Assembly: GCA_017503805.1 (NCBI GenBank)
Contig: JAFVSJ010000007.1
Coordinates: 9,878-73,877, forward strand
DNA length: 64,000 nucleotides
Source of the DNA: Tidjanibacter sp.
Lineage (GTDB): Bacteria > Bacteroidota > Bacteroidia > Bacteroidales > Rikenellaceae
Direction: 5' to 3'
The notes below the pieces were generated by a model. That model worked only from the letters and a program-made list of their open reading frames with translations, searched no databases and was not told the DNA's origin. Position numbers and translations under genes: made by a program. Of the stretch, positions 9,794-20,615 are shown in pieces. Positions within the stretch are counted from its first letter, which is position 1; each line of letters begins with the position of its first letter.

Positions 9794-11668
9794 ATGAAAA
9801 AACTTAAACTCGGACTCATCGCCTTGCTCGGACTCGTTGCAACCATAGGTTGTACACCCGACAACGGCACCAATGATGATGAGCCCCAACCCGAACAGCT
9901 CGCCGCACCCACAGGTCTCACACTCAAAGAGGCTACACCCACAACTCTCACATTCACTTGGGAGGCTGTGAAAGGGGCTGTGAACTACACATACAAGTAT
10001 AAAGACACCGATGGCAAACTCTATGTCACCGAGGACACTGCCGAGTGTGAGGCTACCGTCTCGGGCCTCCGAGAGGGTAAAGAGTACCGATTTGCAGTCA
10101 GAGCCAACTCCTCGGCTGGTGGAGGCATCTACACCGAGTGGATGTCGGCCTACACATCCGTAGAGGGTGGCGACGACGGCGGCGGTGACAATGGCGACGG
10201 CGGTGGCACCGTAGGCGACAACTCCCGTTGGGAACTCCCTGCTCACGAAAACGACAGCAAGGTGAGGGCATTCCCGGGAGCCGAGGGTGGCGGTATGTAC
10301 ACCACAGGTGGTCGCGGCGGTGAGGTCTACCACGTCACCAATCTCAACGACAGCGGTGCAGGCTCATTCCGTGAGGCTGTCAACAAGAGCGGAGCACGCA
10401 CCATCGTATTTGATGTTGCCGGCACCATCCATCTGAAGAGCAACCTGAGAATCAAGAATGGCAACCTCACCATAGCAGGTCAGACTGCGCCCGGTGACGG
10501 CATCTGCATCGCAGGTGGCACCGTACAACTCGATGCCGACAACCTCATCATCCGCTACATTCGATTCCGACTCGGTGACCAAAACGACAATCTCTCCGAC
10601 GGTAGCGATGCCTGCTGGGGCCGTTACCACTCGAACATTATCATTGACCACTGTTCACTCAGTTGGTCAATCGACGAAGTAGGCTCCTTCTACGCCAACC
10701 GTAACTTCACCCTCCAATGGTCGATGCTTACCGAGGCACTCAAAGCTTCGGTTCACGGCAAGGGCAACCACGGCTACGGTGGCATCTGGGGTGGCAACAA
10801 CGCCTCGTTCCACCACAATATGCTCGCACACAACGACTCACGCAACGCTCGCATAGACCATCCTAATGTCTACGACAGCTACCTCACTACCCATCGCGGC
10901 AACGTTGACTACCGCAACAACCTCATCTACAATTGGGGCGGCAACTCTACCTATGGTGGCGAGGGAGGCTGGTGGAACATCGTGGGCAACTACTACAAGC
11001 CCGGCCCTGCCTCTTCGAAGAAAAACTACTTCGTGGATGCCTACGGCAAGTACGACGGTAAGGATGTCGGCTACGGCACTATGTACATCAGCGGCAACTA
11101 TCACGCCGGTGACTACGCCGAAAAAATCAACGCCGACAACTCCGCCGGCGTATATCTCCACAACGGCACTGGCATCAGCAACGCCTCCTCGTGGCAGAGC
11201 AGCAAGCTACTCCCCATACTTGCCGACGACGTAACCCCCTGCCACGTCACCTCTCACACCGCCGCTACCGCCTATGAGCGCATACTCGAGTGCGCAGGTG
11301 CATCTCTCAGCAGAGATGCAGTCGACTCCCGCATCGTGGAGGAGGCCCGCACTGCGACCGCAACCTACAAAACAGGCTCCAACGGCTCCAAAAACGGAAT
11401 GATAGACTCCCAAAATGACGTGGGAGGTTGGCCCACCCTCTCGGCTACCGATGCCGAATTGGCAGCCACCACCGACACCGATGGCGACGGCATCCCCGAC
11501 GCTTGGGAGAAAGAGTTTGGACTCAACAAGAACAACGCCTCCGATGGCAAGAGCTACACACTCGATGCCGACAAGCGTTACACCAACCTCGAAATCTATC
11601 TCCACTATCTCGTCAGAGAGATAACCGCCAAGCAGACCGCAGGCGGCAGCTACATCAAACTCCAATAA
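9794..11668 (+). CDS. Pectate lyase (PL1) lipoprotein with an N-terminal FN3 domain
   Basis: Lipobox TIGC, FN3-like segment, AFPGAEGGG/TGGRGG, IIDHCSLSWSIDE and DTDGDGIPD motifs. Confidence 0.9.
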   Translation: MKKLKLGLIALLGLVATIGCTPDNGTNDDEPQPEQLAAPTGLTLKEATPTTLTFTWEAVKGAVNYTYKYKDTDGKLYVTEDTAECEATVSGLREGKEYRFAVRANSSAGGGIYTEWMSAYTSVEGGDDGGGDNGDGGGTVGDNSRWELPAHENDSKVRAFPGAEGGGMYTTGGRGGEVYHVTNLNDSGAGSFREAVNKSGARTIVFDVAGTIHLKSNLRIKNGNLTIAGQTAPGDGICIAGGTVQLDADNLIIRYIRFRLGDQNDNLSDGSDACWGRYHSNIIIDHCSLSWSIDEVGSFYANRNFTLQWSMLTEALKASVHGKGNHGYGGIWGGNNASFHHNMLAHNDSRNARIDHPNVYDSYLTTHRGNVDYRNNLIYNWGGNSTYGGEGGWWNIVGNYYKPGPASSKKNYFVDAYGKYDGKDVGYGTMYISGNYHAGDYAEKINADNSAGVYLHNGTGISNASSWQSSKLLPILADDVTPCHVTSHTAATAYERILECAGASLSRDAVDSRIVEEARTATATYKTGSNGSKNGMIDSQNDVGGWPTLSATDAELAATTDTDGDGIPDAWEKEFGLNKNNASDGKSYTLDADKRYTNLEIYLHYLVREITAKQTAGGSYIKLQ

Positions 11669-11693
11669 TGACCATACGAAAACGATAACCAAT

Positions 11694-13355
11694 ATGAAAC
11701 GCATACTAACCCTCCTCGTCACCCTCGCACTCACTCTCACAGCAGGAGCGCAGGTGACCGTATTTGTCTGCGGCGACTCGACTGCAGCCACCAAAGATAT
11801 CACCAAAGGCTCTCCCGAAAGGGGCTGGGGCCACGTACTGCAACCCTTCTTCGACCCCGCAGAGGTGCAGATTGAAAACCACGCCAAGAATGGTCGCAGC
11901 ACCAAGTCGTTCGTAACCCTCGGCCATTGGCAGAAGGTAGAGGAGCGTATGAAGGCAGGCGACTACGTATTCATCGAGTTTGGCCACAATGACACCAAAG
12001 TCGACGACACGGTACGTTTCACCACCCCCGAGCAGTATGGTCAAAACCTCGAGCGTTTCATTGAGATTACCCGCAGCAAGGGCGCAACACCGGTACTGCT
12101 CACTCAAGTGTGCCGCCGCTGGTGGAAAGAGGGTGTGCTGGCCGACTCCCACGGCGAATACCTCAAAGAGTGTCACGCTGTGGCCGAGCGCACAGGTGTC
12201 CTCTTCATTGATGCCGAGAAACTTACTCGCGATTGGCTCACCCCGCTGGGCGATGAGGGTTCACAAAAGTACTTTATGAACCTTCCCGCAGGTAAATATC
12301 CCTCCCACCCCGATGGCAAAAACGACAACACACACTTCACTACCCCCGGTGCTCGCATCGTGGCAAAGATGATTTGTCAAGAGATTGAGCGCGTAATTCC
12401 CGAGTTGGGCAAACATATCCGCTATTGGGACTTCGTAGTAGCCAAAGATGGTAGCGGCGACTTCTTCTCCGTAGGCGAAGCCGTAGCGGCTCTGCCCAAC
12501 TTCTACAAAGGCAAAGAGAAACCCCTCAGAGTACTCATCCGCGAGGGACGCTACGAAGAGAAAGTCGTAATCCCCTACACCAAGCAGAGCGTGGAGTTCG
12601 TTGGTGAAGGCAATGTTGTCATCACTTGGGGTGACGGCGCACGCGACCTCGGCCCCAACGGTGTGGAACTCGGCACCTCGGGCACCGCAACCCTCTACAA
12701 CTGCGGCCGACACATCACTATGGAGAATATCACCATCGAGAACTCGGCTGGCGAAGTAGGTCAGGCTGTGGCACTCCAGACCGTAGGCACAGGCAAACAG
12801 ATTTACCGCAACTGCCGTCTGCTCGGCAATCAGGATACGCTCTACATCTATGGTGTGGGCAACCGTGACGGAGAGACCATCACCGAAAACATCGAGTGCT
12901 ACTTCGACAACTGCTACATCGAGGGTACGACCGACTTCATTTTCGGCTCGGGCAGAGCTGATTTCATCTCCTGCACCATCCACTCCAAAAAGGACTCCTA
13001 CATCACCGCAGCCTCGACCTGCAAAGGACAGGAGCGCGGTTTCACCTTCCTCTACTGCAAGCTCACAGCAGCCGAAGGGGTGACCAAATGTTACCTCGGC
13101 CGCCCCTGGCGTATCTACGCTCAGACCTATTTTATCGACTGCGACCTCGGCCCCCACATCCGCCCCGAGGGTTGGCACAATTGGAATAAGCCCGAAGCCG
13201 AAAAGACCGTACGCTACGGCGAGTTTGGCTCCGAGGGCGAGGGTGCCAACGACAAGGCAAGGGTTAAGTGGGCACGCCGACTCAAAGAGAAACAGGCTCT
13301 CGAGATTAGTTTAGAGACCGGAGTCCCGGGACTCGAATTTACACCCGTACACTAA
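11694..13355 (+). CDS. Pectin acetylesterase (CE12, SGNH) fused to pectin methylesterase (CE8)
   Basis: GDST, GRSTKSF, FGHND and DNTH, followed by QAVAL, QDTLY, DFIFG and LGRPW. Confidence 0.9.
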   Translation: MKRILTLLVTLALTLTAGAQVTVFVCGDSTAATKDITKGSPERGWGHVLQPFFDPAEVQIENHAKNGRSTKSFVTLGHWQKVEERMKAGDYVFIEFGHNDTKVDDTVRFTTPEQYGQNLERFIEITRSKGATPVLLTQVCRRWWKEGVLADSHGEYLKECHAVAERTGVLFIDAEKLTRDWLTPLGDEGSQKYFMNLPAGKYPSHPDGKNDNTHFTTPGARIVAKMICQEIERVIPELGKHIRYWDFVVAKDGSGDFFSVGEAVAALPNFYKGKEKPLRVLIREGRYEEKVVIPYTKQSVEFVGEGNVVITWGDGARDLGPNGVELGTSGTATLYNCGRHITMENITIENSAGEVGQAVALQTVGTGKQIYRNCRLLGNQDTLYIYGVGNRDGETITENIECYFDNCYIEGTTDFIFGSGRADFISCTIHSKKDSYITAASTCKGQERGFTFLYCKLTAAEGVTKCYLGRPWRIYAQTYFIDCDLGPHIRPEGWHNWNKPEAEKTVRYGEFGSEGEGANDKARVKWARRLKEKQALEISLETGVPGLEFTPVH

Positions 13356-13373
13356 TCAGAAACAAGGCATCGA

Positions 13374-16300
13374 ATGGGTCCGTCGGTTGTAAGAAATCTA
13401 TTGGTATCACTTGTCGCCACGCTCTCGTTGGCGACAGCCTCGCTTTGTGCCGCCGAGCCTCCGAAGGGTATATTCACCACTTACACTTCGGTAGACGGTA
13501 TGGCCCACAACAACATCCACGACATCTACATAGATTCTCGCGGCTACGTCTGGCTATGCACCTGGAGTGGCGTGAGCCGATTCGACGGCTACCACTTCAA
13601 GAACTACTGCACCGACCCGAAAAATATGCCCGTAAGGCACAACCGATTCCGCGGTGTGGAGGAGGATGGCAAGGGCAACCTTTGGTTCCGCACCTACGAT
13701 GACCACATCTACCGATTCGACCCCGCAACCGAACTCTTCGAGGACATTTGCAGCACTATTCCGCAACTTGCCGACAAACGTCATCGAGCAGGTCAGATGA
13801 TCTGTTCGCCCCAAAGTGAGCGTGTCTGGATTGAGTATGAGGGCTTCGGTATCGTCTGTTTCTATCCCGACCAGGATAACAACCTCCGTTCGGTCAACTA
13901 CATAGGCAACTCTCTCATCGGCAGCGATATCACTCACATCCTGGCCGATGATAACGACAACCTATGGGTAGCCTCGGAGAGCGGTTCGGTATGCGTCATC
14001 AACCCTCTCACCGAGCAGGTGAACGAGGTGGTCTCGGCACAGGGCGAGATCGTCGACATCGTGGAGGCAGGCGACAATATCTGCTTGGCTACAGCCAACA
14101 ACATCCATTGGGTGGACAAGCAGAGTCACAAGGTAGAGCGCGAGAGCAATTACAAAGGCCGAGACCTCACGACACTCGCTTGGGACAACACCTCGGCCAC
14201 TCTCTATGCAGCATCCCACTCGGCGGGACTTTGGGCCGAGGGCGATAATGGCAACACGCGCCACTACAGACGGGGCTCAATTCCCGTAGGTGTGCGCGAC
14301 CTCTTTGTGGACTCCCACGGCACGGTATGGATTGCCGACTCGCGCCACGGCATCACCCGTTTGGACCCCAACAAAGGCGACTACAAACACTTCGAACAGA
14401 AGCAACACACCGTGCAGTTCTACACAGGTATCAACTCCCTGATTATTGAGGAGCAAGATCGCGTGTGGATAAAGATGAACCACGTAGGATTTGGCTACTA
14501 CGACCGCGAAAACGACAGCGTAGAGCCCTTCTACAACGACCCCACAACACCCGAATGCAGGATGTCCAACGGCGTGGCTATCTTCGAGATAGACAACAAC
14601 GTTATCTGGCTATCGACCTACTACGAACGCGGCCTACAGCGCATAGTCTTGCAGAAGAATGACGAAAACCTCTTCTCGCTCGAAAACAACAACCACTCAA
14701 GCCACATTTCGTTCCTCGACGAAGCTCGAGCCATCATATCCGACAAGAATCACAATATCTGGGTGGGCACAAAGGAGGGACACCTCTATTGTTACTCGCC
14801 CGATGGAGCCCTGCTCCATCACCTTACAAAAGAACTTAATGGCAAACCCCTGGGCCCCATTTACACCCTGCTTGAGGACTCCCACGACAATCTCTGGGTA
14901 GGCACAAAGGGTAGCGGCATCTATCGTCTGCGCCGCAATGGAAACAGTTACACAATCAGACAATTCACCCACCGCGCCGACAACCCACATTCGCTCTCCG
15001 ACAATCAGGTCTACTCGATAGCCGAAGATGAGGCAGGTCGCATTTGGGTGGCAACCTATGGTGGTGCCATCAATATGCTCCCATCGTGGGATGCCGAGGA
15101 GTTTGTCAATACGACCAACAACTTCCCCCTTTACCCCACCGAATCGGGCGAAAGGGTGCGCTACCTGCTCCCCGATGGCAGCCACAGAATCTACGCAGGC
15201 ACCTCGGAGGGTGTGCTCATTTTCGACCCCTCGACACCCCCTGAAAAAATGCAGTTCACAGTAGCACAGAGGGCTATAAACGACACTACCTCACTCCAGG
15301 CCAACGACATCATCCACATCTTCAAGGATAGTCGGGGGGATGTATGGTTCTCGACCTACGGAGGTGGAGTAAGCCGCATCGTGGACTACTCCGATGACGG
15401 CACTCCACGATTCGAAACCTTCACGACAAGCGATGGCTTGGCCAGCAATGTGGTGATGGCCGCAACCGAGGCCCCCGATGGCTCCATTTGGCTCTCGACA
15501 GAGAAGGGTATCAGCAGCCTAAACCCCACAAGCAAAGTGATAACCAACCACTCTCGCCACGATGGGGTGACTCCCATAGTATATAGTGAGGGAGCCGCTC
15601 TGACCGATTCGCGTGGCAGAGTGGTCTTTGGATGCGCAAGCAACGCCCTGCACATCATCTCACCCGAGAGCATAGCAACCAACAAATACGACTACAATCT
15701 ACGTCTGATAGGATTTGAGGTGCAAAACTCACAAGAGAGCGACTCGAGCAATAACAACTACATTTCGCTCGACTCCAACGAGAATATTGCAAGTCCCGTC
15801 AGACTCCGACACGACTACCGACTCTTCAGAGTGAGTTTTGCAGCCCTTAACTTCCGACTCCAAGACCGCGTGTCGTATATGTACCGACTCGACGGCTACG
15901 AATCGGATTGGAACGTCACTAACGACTTCAACAACGTCTACTACTCCAAAGTGCCACACGGCCGCTACACCTTCCGCGTGAAAGCCTTTGTCGACTCTCC
16001 CGACTCGGCCAGCGCAGAGATTTCCCTGCCAATCCATATCGCCACTCCGCCTTGGGTGTCGTGGTGGGCAATAATGCTCTATCTACTTGTAGCAGGCGGA
16101 CTTATGTGGTTTATCGGAAGGCTCTATGTGCGTATGGCCAAGATTCGCAATGAGGCCCGCATTGAGCAGGATATGACCGAGATGAAGCTCAAGTTCTTCA
16201 CCAATATATCGCACGAGTTACGCACCCCTCTTACACTCATTATGGGAGGCATCGAGGAGGTGAAACGCCATACAACTCTCCCCGAAAGAGCCGAAAACAG

Positions 16301-17756
16301 CCTCAACCTCTCGCACAAGAATGCCAAACGTATGCTCACCCTCATAAACCAACTGCTCGACTTCCGCAAGGTGGTCAAGAACAAGATGGAACTGAAGGTA
16401 GAGTTGGTAGATGTTGTGAGACTTGCAGGCGAAGTGGTGGAGGATTTCCGCGACAGCGCAGCAGAGAAAGAGATCGAATTGCTACTCTCCGTGTCGAACA
16501 ACCACATTATGGTATGGTGCGACCCCGAGCGAATAGAGAGTCTGCTCTACAATCTGATTTCCAATGCCTTGAAATTCACCAAGAACGGTGGTCGGGTAAC
16601 CATTGAGGTGAGTCGCAAGGAGGGCGAAAAACACACCACCATCAGCGTGAGCGACACGGGCATCGGTATCCCCAAAGAGCGTCAGGAGGCTATCTTCGAC
16701 CGATTTGCAAGCTACGCCTCGGCCGTGCGCGGAGAGGTAAGCGGCAGCGGCATAGGTCTATCGCTCTGCAAGGAGATTGTGGAACTGCACCACGGTTCAA
16801 TAGAGGTAGAGAGCAAGGTGGGTGCGGGCTCACGATTTACGGTGCGTCTGCTCTCGGGCAACTCCCACTTCACGATGGAGCAGATAGTCTTTGGCGACGG
16901 ACAAAACACTGCAGAAGAGCAGGTTAGCAATCTGCGTCGCAACGACATTAAGCCCCCTCAAGGTGCACACAAGATAGTTCTCGCCGAGGACAACAGTCAG
17001 ATGAGGGCTTTCATCTACAACAACCTCATAGAGACCTACGACGTAATAGAAGCCGTAGATGGAGTGGAGGCTCTGGAGAAGATTATTGCCGAACATCCCG
17101 ATATTATCATCACCGACCTTATGATGCCCCGAATGGACGGCATAGAGTTGGTGGAAAAAATACGCAAAAACTTCGACATCAGTCATATACCCATCATTAT
17201 GCTCACTGCCAAGCAGACACCCGAAGATAGGATTGTGGCTATGAAATATGGTGCCGACGGCTACATCACCAAGCCCTTCAGTATGGAGTTGCTCTTGGCT
17301 CGAATAGACAACCTACTCACCCAGAGGAGGATGATATTCGAGAAGATGGCCAATAGCTCGGCAGGCAACCGATATGTGGAGATCACACCCAAGGAGGTGA
17401 GCGTAACCAATCGTGACGAAAAATTCCTAACCAATCTCATCGGTTGGCTCGAAGAGAACATCGAGAACTCCGACCTGACGATAGAGGACCTTGCTGGACA
17501 CCTCGGACTCGGCCGCACAACTATGTACAACAAGATAAAATCACTCACCGGCAAGTCACCCTCGGAACTCATCAAAGAGTATCGCATTGCCAAGAGTGAG
17601 CTACTACTACGCACCGGCCAATTTGCCATCTCGGAGGTGGCCTACAAAGTGGGATTCTCCGACCCGAGTTACTTCAGCCGCTGCTTCAAGGAGCAGTACA
17701 AGGCCTCACCGTTGGAGTATATGCGCAACCTCGGCATCAAACGAGAGGAGAACTAA
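13374..17756 (+). CDS. Hybrid two-component system sensor/regulator
   Basis: Beta-propeller repeats, YYY domain, TM helix, HisKA (SHELRTPL), HATPase (GSGIGL), receiver (DLMMP) and AraC HTH (YFSRCFK). Confidence 0.95.
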   Translation: MGPSVVRNLLVSLVATLSLATASLCAAEPPKGIFTTYTSVDGMAHNNIHDIYIDSRGYVWLCTWSGVSRFDGYHFKNYCTDPKNMPVRHNRFRGVEEDGKGNLWFRTYDDHIYRFDPATELFEDICSTIPQLADKRHRAGQMICSPQSERVWIEYEGFGIVCFYPDQDNNLRSVNYIGNSLIGSDITHILADDNDNLWVASESGSVCVINPLTEQVNEVVSAQGEIVDIVEAGDNICLATANNIHWVDKQSHKVERESNYKGRDLTTLAWDNTSATLYAASHSAGLWAEGDNGNTRHYRRGSIPVGVRDLFVDSHGTVWIADSRHGITRLDPNKGDYKHFEQKQHTVQFYTGINSLIIEEQDRVWIKMNHVGFGYYDRENDSVEPFYNDPTTPECRMSNGVAIFEIDNNVIWLSTYYERGLQRIVLQKNDENLFSLENNNHSSHISFLDEARAIISDKNHNIWVGTKEGHLYCYSPDGALLHHLTKELNGKPLGPIYTLLEDSHDNLWVGTKGSGIYRLRRNGNSYTIRQFTHRADNPHSLSDNQVYSIAEDEAGRIWVATYGGAINMLPSWDAEEFVNTTNNFPLYPTESGERVRYLLPDGSHRIYAGTSEGVLIFDPSTPPEKMQFTVAQRAINDTTSLQANDIIHIFKDSRGDVWFSTYGGGVSRIVDYSDDGTPRFETFTTSDGLASNVVMAATEAPDGSIWLSTEKGISSLNPTSKVITNHSRHDGVTPIVYSEGAALTDSRGRVVFGCASNALHIISPESIATNKYDYNLRLIGFEVQNSQESDSSNNNYISLDSNENIASPVRLRHDYRLFRVSFAALNFRLQDRVSYMYRLDGYESDWNVTNDFNNVYYSKVPHGRYTFRVKAFVDSPDSASAEISLPIHIATPPWVSWWAIMLYLLVAGGLMWFIGRLYVRMAKIRNEARIEQDMTEMKLKFFTNISHELRTPLTLIMGGIEEVKRHTTLPERAENSLNLSHKNAKRMLTLINQLLDFRKVVKNKMELKVELVDVVRLAGEVVEDFRDSAAEKEIELLLSVSNNHIMVWCDPERIESLLYNLISNALKFTKNGGRVTIEVSRKEGEKHTTISVSDTGIGIPKERQEAIFDRFASYASAVRGEVSGSGIGLSLCKEIVELHHGSIEVESKVGAGSRFTVRLLSGNSHFTMEQIVFGDGQNTAEEQVSNLRRNDIKPPQGAHKIVLAEDNSQMRAFIYNNLIETYDVIEAVDGVEALEKIIAEHPDIIITDLMMPRMDGIELVEKIRKNFDISHIPIIMLTAKQTPEDRIVAMKYGADGYITKPFSMELLLARIDNLLTQRRMIFEKMANSSAGNRYVEITPKEVSVTNRDEKFLTNLIGWLEENIENSDLTIEDLAGHLGLGRTTMYNKIKSLTGKSPSELIKEYRIAKSELLLRTGQFAISEVAYKVGFSDPSYFSRCFKEQYKASPLEYMRNLGIKREEN

Positions 17757-17810
17757 GCATCTCTGCACCGCTAACCTACACAGCTAACGACAACACAAAC
17801 CAACACACCT

Positions 17811-20330
17811 ATGAAAACTACCCTATTGAGCCTGCTGGCACTGCTGGCCACACTCACAACAGCCGTCGGCAACGACACCCGCCAAGCTCCTGCCATCCGC
17901 GGCGAAAAACCACTCTCGATGAGGATGGTAGAGAGCGAAATGAGCCGCATACCCGATGCCATCACTATGGATGGCGTGGCCAAGCCCAAGTGGAACTACA
18001 CAACGGGGTTGGAACTCCTCTCGATTATGGATGCAGCCGACCGCTATGAGCAGAGCGGCTACTTCGACTACGCGTTCAGTTGGGTAGACCGTATGGTGTC
18101 CGAAGATGGCAACTCGATTGCAACCTACAAACTCTCCAACTACAATCTCGACCACATCTGCCCCGGCCGACTCATCTATCGTGCTTGGGATCAGACAGGA
18201 GAGGAGCGCTACCGCAACGCATTGAGACTCTTATGGCAACAACTCGAGGGGCAATATCGTACACCCGAGGGTGGTTATTGGCACAAGAAAGCCTACCCAA
18301 ATCAGATGTGGCTCGACGGACTCTATATGGCCGAGCCATTCAAGGCCGAGTATCTTGTGCGCTTTGGCGAAGAACTCGGCAAGGAGGCTGTGGCGCACGG
18401 TTGGGAGGATATTATTCACCAATTTGTGCTCGCAGCAGAGCGCACCTACGACCCCGCAACGGGACTCTTCCGCCACGCTTGGGACTCCTCGAAGGAGATG
18501 TTCTGGTGCGACAAAGTGACAGGGCAGAGTCAACACGCTTGGCTCCGTGCAATGGGTTGGTACACAGTGGCATTGGTAGAGGTACTCGACTTTATGCCTC
18601 GCCACATCGAAGGTCGCAACAAACTCATCGGCCTACTCGAACACATCTACAAGACTATACCTGCCTTTGCCGACCCCGAGAGCCAGATGTGGTATCAGGT
18701 GATGGACTCCCCCACTCGCGAGGGCAACTACGAGGAGGCTACGGGCTCCATAATGCTCATATATGCAATGATGAAGGCAGGTCGACAGGGCTATCTGCCA
18801 CGCGAGATGAGAACCGAAGGCGCAAGGCTCTATGAGCGTTTCGTGGAGCGTTTTATGCGCGAGAATGGCGACGGGACCATCTCAATGATAGATTGTTGTG
18901 CCGTTGGCGGATTGGGCGGTAAGCAAAACCGTATGGGCGACTTCGCCTACTACCTCTCGGAGCCTATCATTGAGAACGACTGCAAGGGTGTGGGGCCATT
19001 CATCTGGGCCTCGATGGAGTATGAAGCACTGCACAACATAGACTACCACGCACAGCCCGCAGAGGGTGCCATACCGGCATTCCCGGGTGCCGAGGGAGGC
19101 GGTATGTGGGTTACGGGCGGCAGAGGTGGCAAGGTACTCAAGGTGACTTCGCTTGCCGACGACGGCTCGGAAGGTACACTCCGCTGGGCTTTGGAACAAA
19201 AAGGGCCGAGGATGATTCTCTTTGACGTTAGTGGTAACATCGCTCTCGAAAGTATGCTTCACGTCACCGAGGGCAACTTCACGCTCGCAGGCGAGAGCGC
19301 TCCGGGTGGTGGCATCTGCATCACCGGTCACGACACCCGTTTCGAGGCCGACAACATCATCGTGCGCCATCTGCGCTTCCGCTTGGGCGACAAGACCTCC
19401 ACACAGGAGGATGCACTCGAATTCAGGAAGTGCACGGGTGCTATCGTAGACCACTGCTCGGCAAGTTGGAGCGTAGACGAGTGCGCCTCGTGCTATGGCA
19501 ACCGCAACTTCACAATGCAATATTGCCTCATCTACGAGAGCCTCAACCACTCCACCCACAAAAAAGGCAACCACGGTTATGGCGGCATCTGGGGCGGTCG
19601 CAACGCAACCTTCCACCACAACATACTCGCACATCACTCCTCACGCAACCCACGACTCGACCATCCTTTCCTCTATTGGGGCCGAGATTTATTGCTTTAT
19701 CGTGGTACCGTGGAACTCTACAACAACACCATCTACAATTGGGGTGACAAGGCCTGCTACGGTGGCGAGGAGGGTTGGTGGATATTCTGCAACAACCTCT
19801 TCATACCCGGCCCCGACACAAAAAACACTACCGAATTTCTCCAATCTTCGGTCTACCCCAAACCCCACGCAACCAATGGACACTACCACATCTCGGGTAA
19901 CATAGTCGAAGGTAACGAAGAGATTGCCAACGACAATTGGGTTGGTGTAGACATTCAGGGCAACACAACGAGAGAGGAGATAGAAATGGCTGCTCCTCGC
20001 AAGATGTGGGGCGAGACTCCACAGGCCGCTCACATCACCGTAATGGGGCCCTCGGGTGCGGGCGCAAAGCCCTCCGACAAAGCCGATGAGAGAGTGCTGG
20101 CGGAGATATTAGACCGCAGTGGTTCCATCATCAATTCGCAAGATGAGGTGGGCGGTTGGCCCCGCCTCAAGAGCTCACGCAAGGCCAAAGATAGCGATGG
20201 CGACGGCATTCCCGACAAGTGGGAAAGAGGCAATGGTCTGAATCCGCACAACGCTGCCGACGGCGCAGAAATTTCACCCTCGGGCTACAGCCATTTGGAA
20301 TGCTATTTGCACTCACTTTCGGCAAGATAA
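17811..20330 (+). CDS. GH105 unsaturated (rhamno)galacturonyl hydrolase fused to PL1 pectate lyase
   Basis: N-half has WNYTTG, QMWLDGLYM and HAWD; C-half has AFPGAEGGG, VDHCSASWSVDE and RNPRL. Confidence 0.88.
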   Translation: MKTTLLSLLALLATLTTAVGNDTRQAPAIRGEKPLSMRMVESEMSRIPDAITMDGVAKPKWNYTTGLELLSIMDAADRYEQSGYFDYAFSWVDRMVSEDGNSIATYKLSNYNLDHICPGRLIYRAWDQTGEERYRNALRLLWQQLEGQYRTPEGGYWHKKAYPNQMWLDGLYMAEPFKAEYLVRFGEELGKEAVAHGWEDIIHQFVLAAERTYDPATGLFRHAWDSSKEMFWCDKVTGQSQHAWLRAMGWYTVALVEVLDFMPRHIEGRNKLIGLLEHIYKTIPAFADPESQMWYQVMDSPTREGNYEEATGSIMLIYAMMKAGRQGYLPREMRTEGARLYERFVERFMRENGDGTISMIDCCAVGGLGGKQNRMGDFAYYLSEPIIENDCKGVGPFIWASMEYEALHNIDYHAQPAEGAIPAFPGAEGGGMWVTGGRGGKVLKVTSLADDGSEGTLRWALEQKGPRMILFDVSGNIALESMLHVTEGNFTLAGESAPGGGICITGHDTRFEADNIIVRHLRFRLGDKTSTQEDALEFRKCTGAIVDHCSASWSVDECASCYGNRNFTMQYCLIYESLNHSTHKKGNHGYGGIWGGRNATFHHNILAHHSSRNPRLDHPFLYWGRDLLLYRGTVELYNNTIYNWGDKACYGGEEGWWIFCNNLFIPGPDTKNTTEFLQSSVYPKPHATNGHYHISGNIVEGNEEIANDNWVGVDIQGNTTREEIEMAAPRKMWGETPQAAHITVMGPSGAGAKPSDKADERVLAEILDRSGSIINSQDEVGGWPRLKSSRKAKDSDGDGIPDKWERGNGLNPHNAADGAEISPSGYSHLECYLHSLSAR

Positions 20331-20380
20331 CCGCCCCAACGACACCATCTGTATAGGTAACATAGAGAAAACGAGGTGTC

Positions 20381-20442
20381 AAATAATCCGAAAAAACCGA
20401 ATAATTTTACTATGGATATTATATATATAATTCGTAAATTTG
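20381..20442 (+). promoter_or_regulatory. susC promoter region
   Basis: TAAATTTG at 20435-20442; AAATAATCC at 20381 is shared with the GH28 promoter. Confidence 0.5.
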
Positions 20443-20615
20443 CCATAGAATAACCATTCTAACCTAACTCAAAGATATCAATCTCTCAAAAAAAAAACTA
20501 TTCGACACACAAAAAAACACCACTCCAACACCAAGTTGTAGTGCTCATCGTTGGCACTGAAAATTACAATCAAAACAAACCAATAATTTCATCACTAACA
20601 TTAACCAAAAAAACC

